From the NCBI RefSeq assembly GCF_964355755.1, contig NC_092670.1, positions 920,201 to 984,200 on the forward strand: a stretch of 64,000 bases of DNA, written 5' to 3'. A program made the translations under genes and the position numbers. Numbering within the stretch: position 1 is the first letter of the stretch; each line of letters starts with the position of its first letter. This DNA comes from Antedon mediterranea. Lineage: Eukaryota > Animalia > Echinodermata. Positions 1 to 15,000 of the stretch are shown here, in pieces. The notes beneath the pieces are model-generated. The model was not told where the DNA came from. It saw only the letters and a program-made list of their open reading frames with translations, and ran no database searches.

Positions 1-3000
1 ATTGCGTGTTTTACACAAAGTTACGCGCGCACGCGCATTTAAAATTTCAAAATGCGCGAAATTAATTTATAATCAACTTTCTACGCGTTTCATGTCGTTT
101 TAAGCATGTCAAAAATTCCCACGCGTGCGCACATTTTTACGTGTGCGGTGCGCACGTAGCATTGAAAACGTATTTTTTTCGCGTGATTTATGTTTTTCCA
201 GCCTTTTCATGTAATTTTACCAAATTTTTAACAATTTCGACTTAAAGATACGTCATACGAGCACGTCGAATTGGACAATTTGCGCGCGTTTTTTATGAAA
301 AGGTTAAAAAATTCGTTTAAAATATGCCTTTTTTTAAACAGTCGTAATTTCTAAACTAGACGGTCAACTTTTTGTGGATGGCATATTCTGGAAGTAGATG
401 AGTTGTAGATATCGGATCAGGTATTAATATGGCTAACCGGACATTGTGACGTCATCGTATGGCCACGCGAATATAAAATTTAGGATTTTTGTATCTTTCG
501 TCATAGGTCATCACATTGAATAGAGCGCATCTCCACTTATCCGTTTTCCATTTTCACCCCGATTTTGATATTGTCTAGGTCAATCAACTATCTTTCGCAT
601 GAGTGAAAAATATTTTAATTTTTATGACGTCATCATGCCTAAAAATTGAAATCACGTGTGGCATCAATTTCATCTTTACAGTAAATTTTAATCTGTTATA
701 GCTCGTAAGAATAAAATGTGATAATCACGATTAAAACTTTTTCTGGAAGCTATTGGATTGTAGATACGAAATTATGTCAAAATGTTGCCAATCGGATGTT
801 GTGACGTCATCATATGGCCAGTTAAATAAAAAAGGTCGTATTTTCATCTTTTGCGTCATAATTCATTACATTTAAAAGAGCGCGCATCAATATTTCACGT
901 ATTCAAATTTCTTCTACACGCTAATACGTTGTTGCTGAGATAATTTCCTTTCGGAATTGCTACCTTCGCGTTTCATTTTAAAACCGTCAACATGTTAAAA
1001 ATTGCAATAAATAGCGGGTCCCGTAATTTCACCTATTCTACACTGTATGTGATATGGATACAGATTATACTGTGTATACTATATATGAATTTAAACAATA
1101 AAATTCAGCAATAACAACATATCATATTCTTCAGTTCAGGTCATAATGCCAACGTGAACACTTCCTTTTGTCCTCAACCTATCCCCTTAATGTTAATGTT
1201 GCACCACTTGCGCGGCGGATAACCAAACTCGTCAAAGTGACGAGTTACATGTCTAGTCTTCTTTCTTTCTGTATGATTTTTGTGTAACGCTTTTCTCTAA
1301 AACTTGCAAACATAACATTTTGTTAACTATGTTAACATTTTGACATTTATGTAACGTCGTCAAGCGAAGCTTTTCATGATGTTTACAATTGCGCAACGTG
1401 ACGTACGCGCGATTTAACGATTTTCTCGTATTTAACATATGTCGAAAACCAAATAACATTTTAAAGTGAAACTTTGCAAAAGTTTAATTTATATCATGCG
1501 CTAACTTTCTGTTGAAAAAAAATTGCGTGTTTTACACAAAGTTACGCGCGCACGCGCATTTAAAATTTCAAAATGCGCAAAATTAATTTATAATCAACTT
1601 TCTACGCGTTTCATGTCGTTTTAAGCATGTCAAAAATTCCCACGTGTGCGCACATTTTTACGTGTGCGGTGCGCACGTAGCATTGAAAACGTATTTTTTT
1701 CGCGTGATTTATGTTTTTCCAGCCTTTTCTAGTAATTTTACCAAATTTTAAACAATTTCGACTTAAAGATACGTCATACGAGCACGTCGAATTGGACAAT
1801 TTGCGCGCGTTTTTTATGAAAAGGTTAAAAAATTCGTTTAAAATATGCCTTTTTTTAAACAGTTGTAATTTCTAAACTAGACGGTCAACTTTTTGTGGAT
1901 GACATATTCTGGAAGTAGATGAGTTGTAGGTATCGGATCAGGTATTAATATGGCTAACCGGACATTGTGACGTCATCGTATGGCCACGCGAATATAAAAT
2001 TTAGGATTTTTGTATCTTTCGTCATAGCTCATCACATTGAATAGAGCGCATCTCCACTTATTCGTTTTCCATTTTCACCCCGATTTTGATATTGTCTAGG
2101 TCAATCAACTATCTTTCGCATGAGTTAAAAATATTTTAATTTTTTTGACGTCATCATGCCTAAATATTTAAATCACGTGTGGCATCAATTTCATCTTTAC
2201 AGTAAATTTTAATCTGTTATAGCTCGTAAGAATAAAATGTGATAATCACGATTAAAACTTTTTCTGGAAGCTATTGGATTGTAGATACGAAATTATGTAA
2301 AAATGTTGCCCATCGGATGTTGTGACGTCATCATATGGCCAGTTAAATAAAAAAGGTCGTATTTTCATCTTTTGCGTCATAATTCATTACATTTAAAAAA
2401 GCGCGCATCAATATTTCACGTATTCAAATTTCTTCTACACGCTAATACGTTGTTGCTGAGATAATTTCCTTTCGGAATTGCTACCTTCGCGTTTCATTTT
2501 AAAACCGTCAACATGTTAAAAATTGCAATAAAAAGCGGGTCCCGTAATTTCACCTATTCTACACTGTATGTCACTGAGCTGTATGTGATATGGATACAGA
2601 TTATACTGTGTATACTATATATGAATTTAAATAATAAAATTCAGCAATAACAACATATCATATTCTTCAGTTCAGGTCATAATGCCAACGTGAACACTTC
2701 CTTTTGTCCTCAACCTATCTCCTTAATGTTAATGTTGCACCACTTGCGCGGCGGATAACCAAACTCGTCAAAGTGACGAGTTACATGTCTAGTTCTTAAT
2801 CTTCTTTCTTTCTGTATGATTTTTGTGTAACGCTTTTCTCTAAAACTTGCAAACATAACATTTTGTTAACTATGTTAACATTTTGACATTTATGTAACGT
2901 CGTCAAGCGAAGCTTTTCATGATGTTTACAATTGCGCAACGTGACGTACGCGCGATTTAACGATTTTCTCGTATTTAACATATGTCGAAAACCAAATAAC

Positions 3001-6000
3001 ATTTTAAAGTGAAACTTTGCAAAAGTTTAATTTATATCATGCGCTAACTTTCTGTTGAAAAAAAATTGCGTGTTTTACACAAAGTTACGCGCGCACGCGC
3101 ATTTAAAATTTCAAAATGCGCAAAATTAATTTATAATCAACTTTCTACGCGTTTCATGTCGTTTTAAGCATGTCAAAAATTCCCACGTGTGCGCACATTT
3201 TTACGTGTGCGGTGCGCACGTAGCATTGAAAACGTATTTTTTTCGCGTGATTTATGTTTTTCCAGCCTTTTCTAGTAATTTTACCAAATTTTAAACAATT
3301 TCGACTTAAAGATACGTCATACGAGCACGTCGAATTGGACAATTTGCGCGCGTTTTTTATGAAAAGGTTAAAAAATTCGTTTAAAATATGCCTTTTTTTA
3401 AACAGTTGTAATTTCTAAACTAGACGGTCAACTTTTTGTGGATGACATATTCTGGAAGTAGATGAGTTGTAGGTATCGGATCAGGTATTAATATGGCTAA
3501 CCGGACATTGTGACGTCATCGTATGGCCACGCGAATATAAAATTTAGGATTTTTGTATCTTTCGTCATAGCTCATCACATTGAATAGAGCGCATCTCCAC
3601 TTATTCGTTTTCCATTTTCACCCCGATTTTGATATTGTCTAGGTCAATCAACTATCTTTCGCATGAGTTAAAAATATTTTAATTTTTTTGACGTCATCAT
3701 GCCTAAATATTTAAATCACGTGTGGCATCAATTTCATCTTTACAGTAAATTTTAATCTGTTATAGCTCGTAAGAATAAAATGTGATAATCACGATTAAAA
3801 CTTTTTCTGGAAGCTATTGGATTGTAGATACGAAATTATGTAAAAATGTTGCCCATCGGATGTTGTGACGTCATCATATGGCCAGTTAAATAAAAAAGGT
3901 CGTATTTTCATCTTTTGCGTCATAATTCATTACATTTAAAAAAGCGCGCATCAATATTTCACGTATTCAAATTTCTTCTACACGCTAATACGTTGTTGCT
4001 GAGATAATTTCCTTTCGGAATTGCTACCTTCGCGTTTCATTTTAAAACCGTCAACATGTTAAAAATTGCAATAAAAAGCGGGTCCCGTAATTTCACCTAT
4101 TCTACACTGTATGTCACTGAGCTGTATGTGATATGGATACAGATTATACTGTGTATACTATATATGAATTTAAATAATAAAATTCAGCAATAACAACATA
4201 TCATATTCTTCAGTTCAGGTCATAATGCCAACGTGAACACTTCCTTTTGTCCTCAACCTATCTCCTTAATGTTAATGTTGCACCACTTGCGCGGCGGATA
4301 ACCAAACTCGTCAAAGTGACGAGTTACATGTCTAGTCATCTTTTTATTAGTTATCCGCATTCAGCGGATAACTCCTTGTAACTGTCCTGTTTCATCATCT
4401 TTTTTTTTTTTCTGTATTCTTCTTTCTTTCTGTCATTTTTGTGCAGAGCATATCTCAAAAACGTGTACAGTTAACATTTCATAACTTTGTCAACATATGG
4501 GCATTCACGTGAAGTTGTGCTTTTTTATTTTTGAATGACGTCAGAATTGCGCAACATGAATTACGCGCGTTTTAACGAATTTCGCGTATTTAACATAAAT
4601 CAAAAACCATATAACAATTTAAATTGAAACTTGGCAAAAGTTTAATTTATATTCTGCGCTAACTGACTGTGGGAAAAAAATGGCATGTTTCACACGAAGT
4701 TACGCGCGCACGCGCGTTTAAAATTTTAAAATGCGAAAAATCAATTTCTAATCAACTTTCTACGCGTTTCATGTCATTTTGACCATGTAAAAAATTCCCA
4801 AGCGCGCGAATATTTTTACGCGCGTGGTGCGCACGTAGCGTTGAAAACCATTTTTTTTGCGTGATTTAGGTTTTTCCAGCCTTTTCTAGTAATTTTACCA
4901 ACTTTTAAACGATTTCGACTTAAAATCAAGTCATACGAGCCCGTAGAATTGGATAATTTATGTGCGTTTTTTATGAAAAAGTTCAAAAATTCATCAAAAT
5001 TTGTCAAAATTATACCTTTTTTAAAACAGTTGTAGTTTCTAAACTAAACGGTAAAAGTTGTTTTTATTACGTATTCTGGAAGATGATGAGTTGTAGATAT
5101 CGTATCATGCATCAATATGGCTAACCGGACATTATGACGTCATCGTATGGCCACTCTAATATAAAATATAGCGATTTTTTCTCTTTTGTCATAGCGCATC
5201 ACATTTAATAGAGCGCATCTCCACTTATCCGTTTTCCATTTTCACGCGGATTTTGATATTGTCTAGGTCAATCAACTATCCTTTGCATGAGTTAAAAATA
5301 TTTTAATTTTTATGACGTCATCACGCCTAAAAATTTAAATTACGTGTGCCTTTAATTTCATCTTTACAGTAAATTTTAATCTGTTATAGCTCGTACGAAT
5401 AAAATGTGATAATCACAATTAAAACGTTTTCTGGAAGCTATTGAATTGTAGATACAAAATCATGTAAACATTTTGCCATTCGGATGTTGTGACGTCATCA
5501 TATGGCCAGTTAAATAAGAAAAGTCGTATTTTCATCTTTTGCGTCATAATTCATTACATTTAAAAGAGCGTGCATCAATATTTCACGTATTCAAATTTCT
5601 TCAGCACGTTAATATGTTGTTACTGAGATAATTTCCTTCCCAAATTGCTGTCTTAGTTTTTCATTTTGATACCGTCGCCATGTTTAAAATAGGAATAAAC
5701 GGGGGTTCCCGTAATTTCACCTATTCTACACTGTATGTAATATGTATACAGATTATGTATATACTATATGACACAAAATAACAGAATTCAGCAATAACAA
5801 CATATCATATTCTTCAGTTCAGGTCATATTGCCATAATCTTTTTCTGTGTCCAATATTCTAACGTATGACGTGCACGTGGCCTTTGTCGTGCGGATAACT
5901 AACTCGTCAAAGTGACGAGTTACATGTCTAGTTTTTCTTCTTTCTTTCTGTATGATTTTTGTGTAACGCTTTTCTCCAAAACTCGCAAACATAACATTTT

Positions 6001-9000
6001 GGTAACTATCTTAACATATTGACATTTACGTAACGTCGTCAAGCGAAGCTTTTCATGACGTTTACAATTGCGCAACGTGACTTACGCGCGATTTAACGAT
6101 TTTGTCGTATTTAACATAGCTCGACAACCAAATAACATTTCAACTTGAAACTTTGCAAAAGTTTAATTTATATCATGCGCTAACTTTCTGTTGAAAAAAA
6201 ATTGCGTGTTATTCATCACATTGAATAGAGCGCATCTCCACTTATCCGTTTTCCATTTTCACCCCGATTTTGATATTGTCTAGGTCAATCAACTATCTTT
6301 CGCATGAGTTAAAAATATTTTAATTTTTTTGACGTCATCATGCCTAAAAATTTAAATCACGTGTGGCATCAATTTCATCTTTACAGTAAATTTTAATCTG
6401 TTATAGCTCGTAAGAATAAAATTTGATAATCACGATTAAAACTTTTTCTGAAAGCTATTGGATTGTAGATACGAAATTATGTAAAAATGTTGCCAATCGG
6501 ATGTTGTGACGTCATCATATGGCCAGTTAAATAAAAAAGGTCGTATTTTCATCTTTTGCGTCATAATTCATTACATTTAAAAGAGCGCGCATCAATATTT
6601 CACGTATTCAAATTTCTTCTACACGCTAATACGTTGTGGCTGAGATAATTTCCTTTCGGAATTGCTACCTTCCCGTTTCATTTTAAAACCGTCAACATGT
6701 TAAAAATTGCAATAAATAGCGGGTCCCGTAAGTTCACATATTCTACACTGTATGTGATATGGATACAGATTATACTGTGTATACTATATATGAATTTATA
6801 TATAGATAAAATTCAGCAATAACAACATATCATATTCTTCAGTTCAGGTCATAATGCCAACGTGAACACTTCCTTTTGTCCTCAACCTATCCCCTTAATG
6901 TTAATGTTGCACCACTTGCGCGGCGGATAACCAAACTCGTCAAAGTGACGAGTTACATGTCTAGTCAACTTTTTGGTTATCCGCAACGAAGTTGCAGGAT
7001 AACCTCTTGTGATTGTACGAAATCATCATCTTTTTATTTTTGGTTATCCGCAACGAAGTTGCAGGATAACCTCTTGTGATTGTACGAAATCATCATCATC
7101 ATCATCATCATCAACTTTTTATTGGTTATCCGCAACGAAGTTGCAGGATAACCTCTTGTGATTGTACGAAATCATCATCATCATCATCATCATCATCAAC
7201 TTTTTATTCTTCTTCTTTCTTTCTGTATGATTTTTGTGTAACGCTTTTCTCTAAAACTCGCAAACATAACATTTCGGTAACTATGTTAACATTTTGACAT
7301 TTATGTAACGTCGTCAAGCGAAGCTTTTCATGATGTTTACAATTGCGCAACGTGACGTACGCGCGATTTAACGATTTTCTCGTATCTAACATATGTCGAA
7401 AACCAAATAACATTTTAAAGTGAAACTTTGCAAAAGTTTAATTTATATCATGCGCTAACTTTCTGTTGAAAAAAAATTGCGTGTTTTACACAAAGTTACG
7501 CGCGCACGCGTATTTAAAATTTCAAAATGCGCAAAATTAATTTATAATCAACTTTCTACGCGTTTTATGTCGTTTTAAGCATGTCAAAAATTCCCACGCG
7601 TGCGCACATTTTTACGTGTGCGGTGCGCACGTAGCATTGAAAACGTATTTTTTTCGCGTGACTTATGTTTTTCCAGCCTCTTCTAGTAATTTTACCAACT
7701 TTTAAACAATTTCGACTTAAAGTTACGTCATACGAGCACGTCGAATTGGACAATTTGGGCGCGTTTTTGATGAAAAAGTTCAAAAATTCGTCAAAATTAT
7801 GCCTTTTTTTAAACAGTCGTAATTTCTAAACTAGACGGTCAACTTTTTGTGGATGGCATATTCTGGAAGTAGATGAGTTGTAGATATCGGATCAGGTATT
7901 AACATGGCTAACCGGACATTGTGACGTCATCGTATGGCCACGCGAATATAAAATTTAGGATTTTTGTATCTTTCGTCATAGCTCATCACATTGAATAGAG
8001 CGCATCTCCACTTATCCGTTTTCCATTTTCACCCCAATTTTGATATTGCCTATGTCTATAAACTATCTTTCGCATGAGTTAAAAATATTTTAATTTTTAT
8101 GACGTCATCATGCCTAAAAATTGAAATCACGTGTGGCATTAATTTCATCTTTACAGTAAATTTTAATCTGTTATAGCTCGTAAGAATAAAATGTGATAAT
8201 CACGATTAAAACTTTTTCTGAAAGCTATTTGATTGTAGATACGAAATTATGTAAAAATTTTGCCAATCGGATGTTGTGACGTCATCATATGGCCAGTTAA
8301 ATAAAAAAGGTCGTATTTTCATCTTTTGCGTCATAATTCATTACATTTAAAAGAGCGCGCATCAATATTTCACGTATTCAAATTTCTTCTACACGCTAAT
8401 ACGTTGTTGCTGAGATAATTTCCTTTCGGAATTGCTACCTTCGCGTTTCATTTTAAAACCGTCAACATGTTAAAAATTGCAATAAATAGCGGGTCCCGTA
8501 ATTTCACCTATTCTACACTGTATGTGATATGGATACAGATTATACTGTGTATACTATATATGAATTTAAATAATAAAATTCAGCAATAACAACATATCAT
8601 ATTCTTCAGTTCAGGTCATAATGCCAACGTGAACACTTCCTTTTGTCCTCAACATATCCCCTTAATGTTAATGTTGCACCACTTGCGCGGCGGATAACCA
8701 AACTCGTCAAAGTGACGAGTTACATGTCTAGTTCTTCTTCTTTCTTTCTGTATGATTTTTGTGTAACGCTTTTCTCTGAAACTTGCAAACATAACATTTT
8801 GTTAACTATGTTAACATTTTGACATTTATGTAACGTCGTCAAGCGAAGCTTTTCATGATGTTTACAATTGCGCAACGTGACGTACGCGCGATTTAACGAT
8901 TTTCTCGTATTTAACATATGTCGAAAACCAAATAACATTTTAAAGTGAAACTTTGCAAAAGTTTAATTTATATCATGCGCTAACTTTCTGTTGAAAAAAA

Positions 9001-12000
9001 ATTGCGTGTTTTACACAAAGTTACGCGCGCACGCGTATTTAAAATTTCAAAATGCGCGAAACTAATTTATAATCAACTTTCTACGCGTTTCATGTCGTTT
9101 TAAGCATGTCAAAAATTCCCACGCGTGCGCACATTTTTACGTGTGCGGTGCGCACGTAGCATTGAAAAGGTATTTTTTTCGAGTGATTTATGTTTTTCCA
9201 GCCTTTTCATGTAATTTTACCAAATTTTAAACAATTTCGACTTAAAGATACGTCATACGAGCACGTCGAATTGGACAATTTGCGCGCGTTTTTTATGAAA
9301 AGGTTAACAAATTCGTTTAAAATATGCCTTTTTTTAAACAGTCGTAATTTCTAAACTAGACGGTCAAATTTTTGTGGATGGCATATTCTGGAAGTAGATG
9401 AGTTGTAGATATCGGATCAGGTATTAATATGGCTAACCGGACATTGTGACGTCATCGTATGGCCACGCGAATATAAAATTTAGGATTTTTGTATCTTTCG
9501 TCATAGCTCATCACATTGAATAGAGCGCATCTCCACTTATCCGTTTTCCATTTTCACCCGGATTTTGATATTGTCTAGGTCAATCAACTATCTTTCGCAT
9601 GAGTTAAAATATTTTAATTTTTTTGACGTCATCATGCCTAAAAATTTAAATCACGTGTGGCATCAATTTCATCTTTACAGTAAATTTTAATCTGTTATAG
9701 CTCGTAAGAATAAAATGTGATAATCACGATTAAAACTTTTTCTGGAAGCTATTGGATTGTAGATACGAAATTATGTAAAAATGTTGCCAATCGGATGTTG
9801 TGACGTCATCATATGGCCAGTTAAATAAAAAAGGTCGTATTTCCATCTTTTGCGTCATAATTCATTACATTTAAAAGAGCGCGCATCAATATTTCACGTA
9901 TTCAAATTTCTTCTACACGCTAATACGTTGTTGCTGAGATAATTTCCTTTCGGAATTGCTACCTTCCCGTTTCATTTTAAAACCGTCAACATGTTAAAAA
10001 TTGCAATAAATAGCGGGTCCCGTAATTTCACCTATTCTACACTGTATGTGATATGGATACAGATTATACTGTGTATACTATATATGAATTTAAACAATAA
10101 AATTCAGCAATAACAACATATCATATTCTTCAGTTCAGGTCATAATGCCAACGTGAACACTTCCTTTTGTCCTCAACCTATCCCCTTAATGTTAATGTTG
10201 CACCACTTGCGCGGCGGATAACCAAACTCGTCAAAGTGACGAGTTACATGTCTAGTTGGTTATCCGCAACGAAGTTGCAGGATAACCTCTTGTGATTGTA
10301 CGAAATCATCATCATCATCATCATCATCAACTTTTTGGTTATCCGCAACGAAGTTGCAGGATAACCTCTTGTGATTGTACGAAATCATCTTTTTTTTCAT
10401 CTTCTTTCTTTCTGTATGATTTTTGTGTAACGCTTTTCTCTAAAACTTGCAAACATAACATTTTGTTAACTATGTTAACATTTTGACATTCACGTAACGT
10501 CGTCAAGCGAAGCTTTTCATGATGTTTACAATTGCGCAACGCGACGTACGCGCGATTTAACGATTTTCTCGTATTAAACATATGTCGAAAACCAAACAAC
10601 ATTTTAAAATGAAACTTTGCAAAAGTTTAATTTATATCATGCGCTAACTGTCTGTTGAAAAAAAATTGCGTGTTTTACACAAAGTTACGCGCGCACGCGC
10701 ATTTAAAATTTCAAAATGCGCAAAATTAATTTCTAATCAACTTTCTACGCGTTTCATGTCGTTTTGAGCATGTCAAAAATTCCCACGCGTGCGCACATTT
10801 TTACGTGTACGGTGCGCACGTAGCATTGAAAACGTATTTTTTTCGCGTGATTTATGTTTTTTCAGCCTTTTCTAGTAATTTTACCAAATTTTAAACAATT
10901 TCGACTTAAAGATACGTCATACGAGCACGTCGAATTGGACAATTTGCGCGCGTTTTTTATGAAAAGGTTAAAAAATTCGTTTAAAATATGCCTTTTTTTA
11001 AACAGTCGTAATTTCTAAACTAGACGGTCAAATTTTTGTGGATGACATATTCTGGAAGTAGATGAGTTGTAGATATCGGATCAGGTATTAATATGGGTAA
11101 CCGGACATTATGACGTCATCGTATGGCCACGCGAACATAAAATTTAGGATTTTTGTATCTTTCGTCATAGCTCATCACATTGAATAGAGCGCATCTCCAC
11201 TTATCCGTTTTCCATTTTCACCCCGATTTTGATATTGTCTAGGTCAATCAAGTATCTTTCGCATGAGTTAAAAATATTTTAATTTTTTTGACGTCATCGT
11301 GCCTAAAAATTTAAATCACCTGTGGCATTAATTTCATCTTTACAGTAAATTTTAATCTGTTATAGCTCGTAAGAATAAAATGTGATAATCACGATTAAAA
11401 CTTTGTCTGGAAGCTATTGGATTGTAGATACGAAATTATGTAAAAATTTTGCCAATCGGATGTTGTGACGTCATAATATGGCCAGTTAAATAAAAAAGGT
11501 CGTATTTTCATCTTTTGCGTCATAATTCATTACATTTAAAAGAGCGCGCATCAATATTTCACGTATTCAAATTTCTTCTACACGCTAATACGTTGTTGCT
11601 GAGATAATTTTCTTTCGGAATTTCTACCTTCGCGTTTCATTTTAAAACCGTCAACAAAAAATTGCAATAAATAGCGGGTCCCGTAATTTCACCTATTCTA
11701 CACTGTATGTGATATGGATACAGATTATACTGTGTATACTATATATGAATTTAAATAATAAAATTCAGCAATAACAACATATCATATTCTTCAGTTCAGG
11801 TCATAATGCCAACGTGAACGCTTCCTTTTGTCCTCAACCTATCCCCTTAATGTTAATGTTGCACCACTTGCGCGGCGGATAACCAAACTCGTCAAAGTGA
11901 CGAGTTACATGTCTAGTTATTCTTCTTCTTTCTTTCTGTATGATTTTTGTGTAACGCTTTTCTCTAAAACTTGCAAACATAACATTTCGGTAACTATGTT

Positions 12001-15000
12001 AACATTTTGACATTTATGTAACGTCGTCAAGCGAAGCTTTTCATGATGTTTACAATCGCGCAACGTGACGTACGCGCGATTTAACGATTTTCTCGTATTT
12101 AACATATGTCGAAAACCAAATAACATTTTAAAGTGAAACTTTGGAAAAGTTTAATTTATATCATGCGCTAACTTTCTGTTGAAAAAAAATTGCGTGTTTT
12201 ACACAAAGTTACGCGCGCACGCGCATTTAAAATTTCAAAATGCGCAAAATTAATTTATAATCAACTTTCTACGCGTTTCATGTCGTTTTAAGCATGTCAA
12301 AAATTCCCTCGCGTGCGCACATTTTTACGTGTGCGGTGCGCACGTAGCATTGAAAACGTATTTTTTTCACGTGATTTATGTTTTTCCAGCCTTTTCTAGT
12401 ATTTTTACCAAATTTTAAACAATTTTGACTTAAAGATACGTCATACGAGCACGTCGAATTGGACAATTTGCGCGCGTTTTTTATGAAAACGTTAAAAAAT
12501 TCGTTTAAAATATGCCTTTTTTAAAACAGTCGTAATTTCTAAACTAGACGGTCAACTTTTTGTGGATGGCATTTTCTGGAAGTAGATGAGTTGTAGATAT
12601 CGGATCAGGTATTAATATGGCTAACCGGACACTGTGACGTCATCGTATGGCCACGCATATATAAAATTTAGGATTTTGTATCTTTCGTCATAGCTCATCA
12701 CATTGAATAGAGCGCATCTCCACTTATCTGTTTTCCATTTTCACCCCGATTTTGATATTGTCTAGGTCAATCAACTATCTTTCGCATGAGTTAAAAATAT
12801 TTTAATTTTTTTGACGTCATCGTGCCTAAAAATTTAAATCACGTGTGGCATTAATTTCATCTTTACAGTAAATTTTAATCTGTTATAGCTCGTAAGAAAA
12901 AAATGTGATAATCACGATTAAAACTTTTTCTGGAAGCTATTGGATTGTAGATACGAAATTATGTAAAAATGTTGCCAATCGGATGTTGTGACGTCATCAT
13001 ATAGCCAGTTAAATAAAAAAGGTCGTATTTTCATCTTTTGCGTCATAATTCATTACATTTAAAAGAGCGCGCATCAATATTTCACGTATTCAAATTTCTT
13101 CTACACGCTAATACGTTGTTGCTGAGATAATTTCCTTTCGGAATTGCTACCTTCGCGTTTCATTTTAAAACCGTCAACATGTTAAAAATTGCAATAAATA
13201 GCGGGTCCCGTAATTTCACCTATTCTACACTGTATGTGATATGGATACAGATTATACTGTGTATACTATATATGAATTTAAATAATAAAATTCAGCAATA
13301 ACAACATATCATATTCTTAAGTTCAGGTCATAATGCCAACGTGAACACTTTCTTTTGTCCTCAACCTATTCCCTTAATGTTAATGTTGCACCACTTGCGC
13401 GGCGGATAACCAAACTCGTCAAAGTGACGAGTTACATGTCTAGTTGGTTATCCGCAACGAAGTTGCAGGATAACCTCTTGTGATTGTACGAAATCATCAT
13501 CATCATCATCATCAACTTTTTATTGGTTATCCGCAACGAAGTTGCAGGATAACCTCTTGTGATTGTACGAAATCATCAACATCTTTTTCTTAATCTTCTT
13601 TCTTTCTGTATGATTTTTGTGTAACGCTTTTCTCTAAAACTTGCAAACATAACATTTTGTTAACTATGTTAACATTTTGACATTTATGTAACGTCGTCAA
13701 GCGAAGCTTTTCATGATGTTTACAATTGCGCAACGTGACGTACGCGCGATTTAACGATTTTCTCGTATTTAACATAGCTCGACAACCAAATAACATTTCA
13801 ACTTGAAACTTTGCAAAAGTTTAATTTATATCATGCGCTAACTTTCTGTTGAAAAAAAATTGCGTGTTTTACACAAAGTTACGCGCGCACGCGCATTTAA
13901 AATTTCAAAATGCGCAAAATTAATTTAAAATCAACTTTCTACGCGTTCCATGTTGTTTTAAGCATGTCAAAAATTCCCACGCGTGCGCACATTTTTACGT
14001 GTGCGGTACGCACGTAGCATTGAAAAGGTATTTTTTTCGCGTGATTTATATTTTTCCAGCCTTTTCTAGTAATTTTACCAAATTTTAAACAATTTCGACT
14101 TAAAGATACCTCATACGAGCACGTCGAATTGGACAATTTGCGCGCGTTTTTTATGAAAAGGTTAAAAAATTCGTTTAAAATATGCCTTTTTTTAAACAGT
14201 CGTAATTTCTAAACTAGACGGTCAACTTTTTGTGGATGGCATATTCTGGAAGTAGATGAGTTGTAGATATCGGATCAGGTATTAATATGGCTAACCGGAC
14301 ATTGTGACGTCATCGTATGGCCACACGAATATAAAATTTAGGATTTTTGTATCTTTCGTCATAGCTCATCACATTGAATAGAGCGCATCTCCACTTATCC
14401 GTTTTCCATTTTCACCCCGATTTTGATATTGTCTAGGTCAATCAAGTATCTTTTGCATGAGTTAAAAATATTTTAATTTTTTTGACGTCATCATGCCTAA
14501 AAATGTAAATCACGTGTGGCATTAATTTCATCTTTACAGTAAATTTTAATCTGTTATAGCTTGTAAGAATAAAATGTGATAATCACGATTAAAACTTTTT
14601 CTGGAAGCTATTGGATTGTAGATACGGAATTATGTAAAAATGTTGCCAATCGGATGTTGTGACGTCATCATGTGGCCAGTTAAATAAAAAAGGTCGTATT
14701 TTCATCTTTTGCGTCATAATTCATTACATTTAAAAGAGCGCGCATCAATATTTCACGTATTCAAATTTCTTCTACACGCTAATACGTTGTTGCTGAGATA
14801 ATTTCCTTTCGGAATTGCTACCTTCGCGTTTCATTTTAAAACCGTAAACATGTTAAAAATTGCAATAAATAGCGGGTCCCGTAATTTCACCTATTCTATG
14901 TATGTCACTGTATGTGATAGATACAGATTATACTGTGTATACTATATATGAATTTAAATAATAAAATTCAGCAATAACAACATATCATATTCTTCAGTTC

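Noticed and set aside
6965-7200. CRISPR-like look: three identical ~50-bp palindromic repeats with short variable spacers
   Set aside because: The spacers are (CAT)n/T microsatellite pieces, the context is eukaryotic with no cas genes, and the repeats are stacked 5' heads of nested elements.
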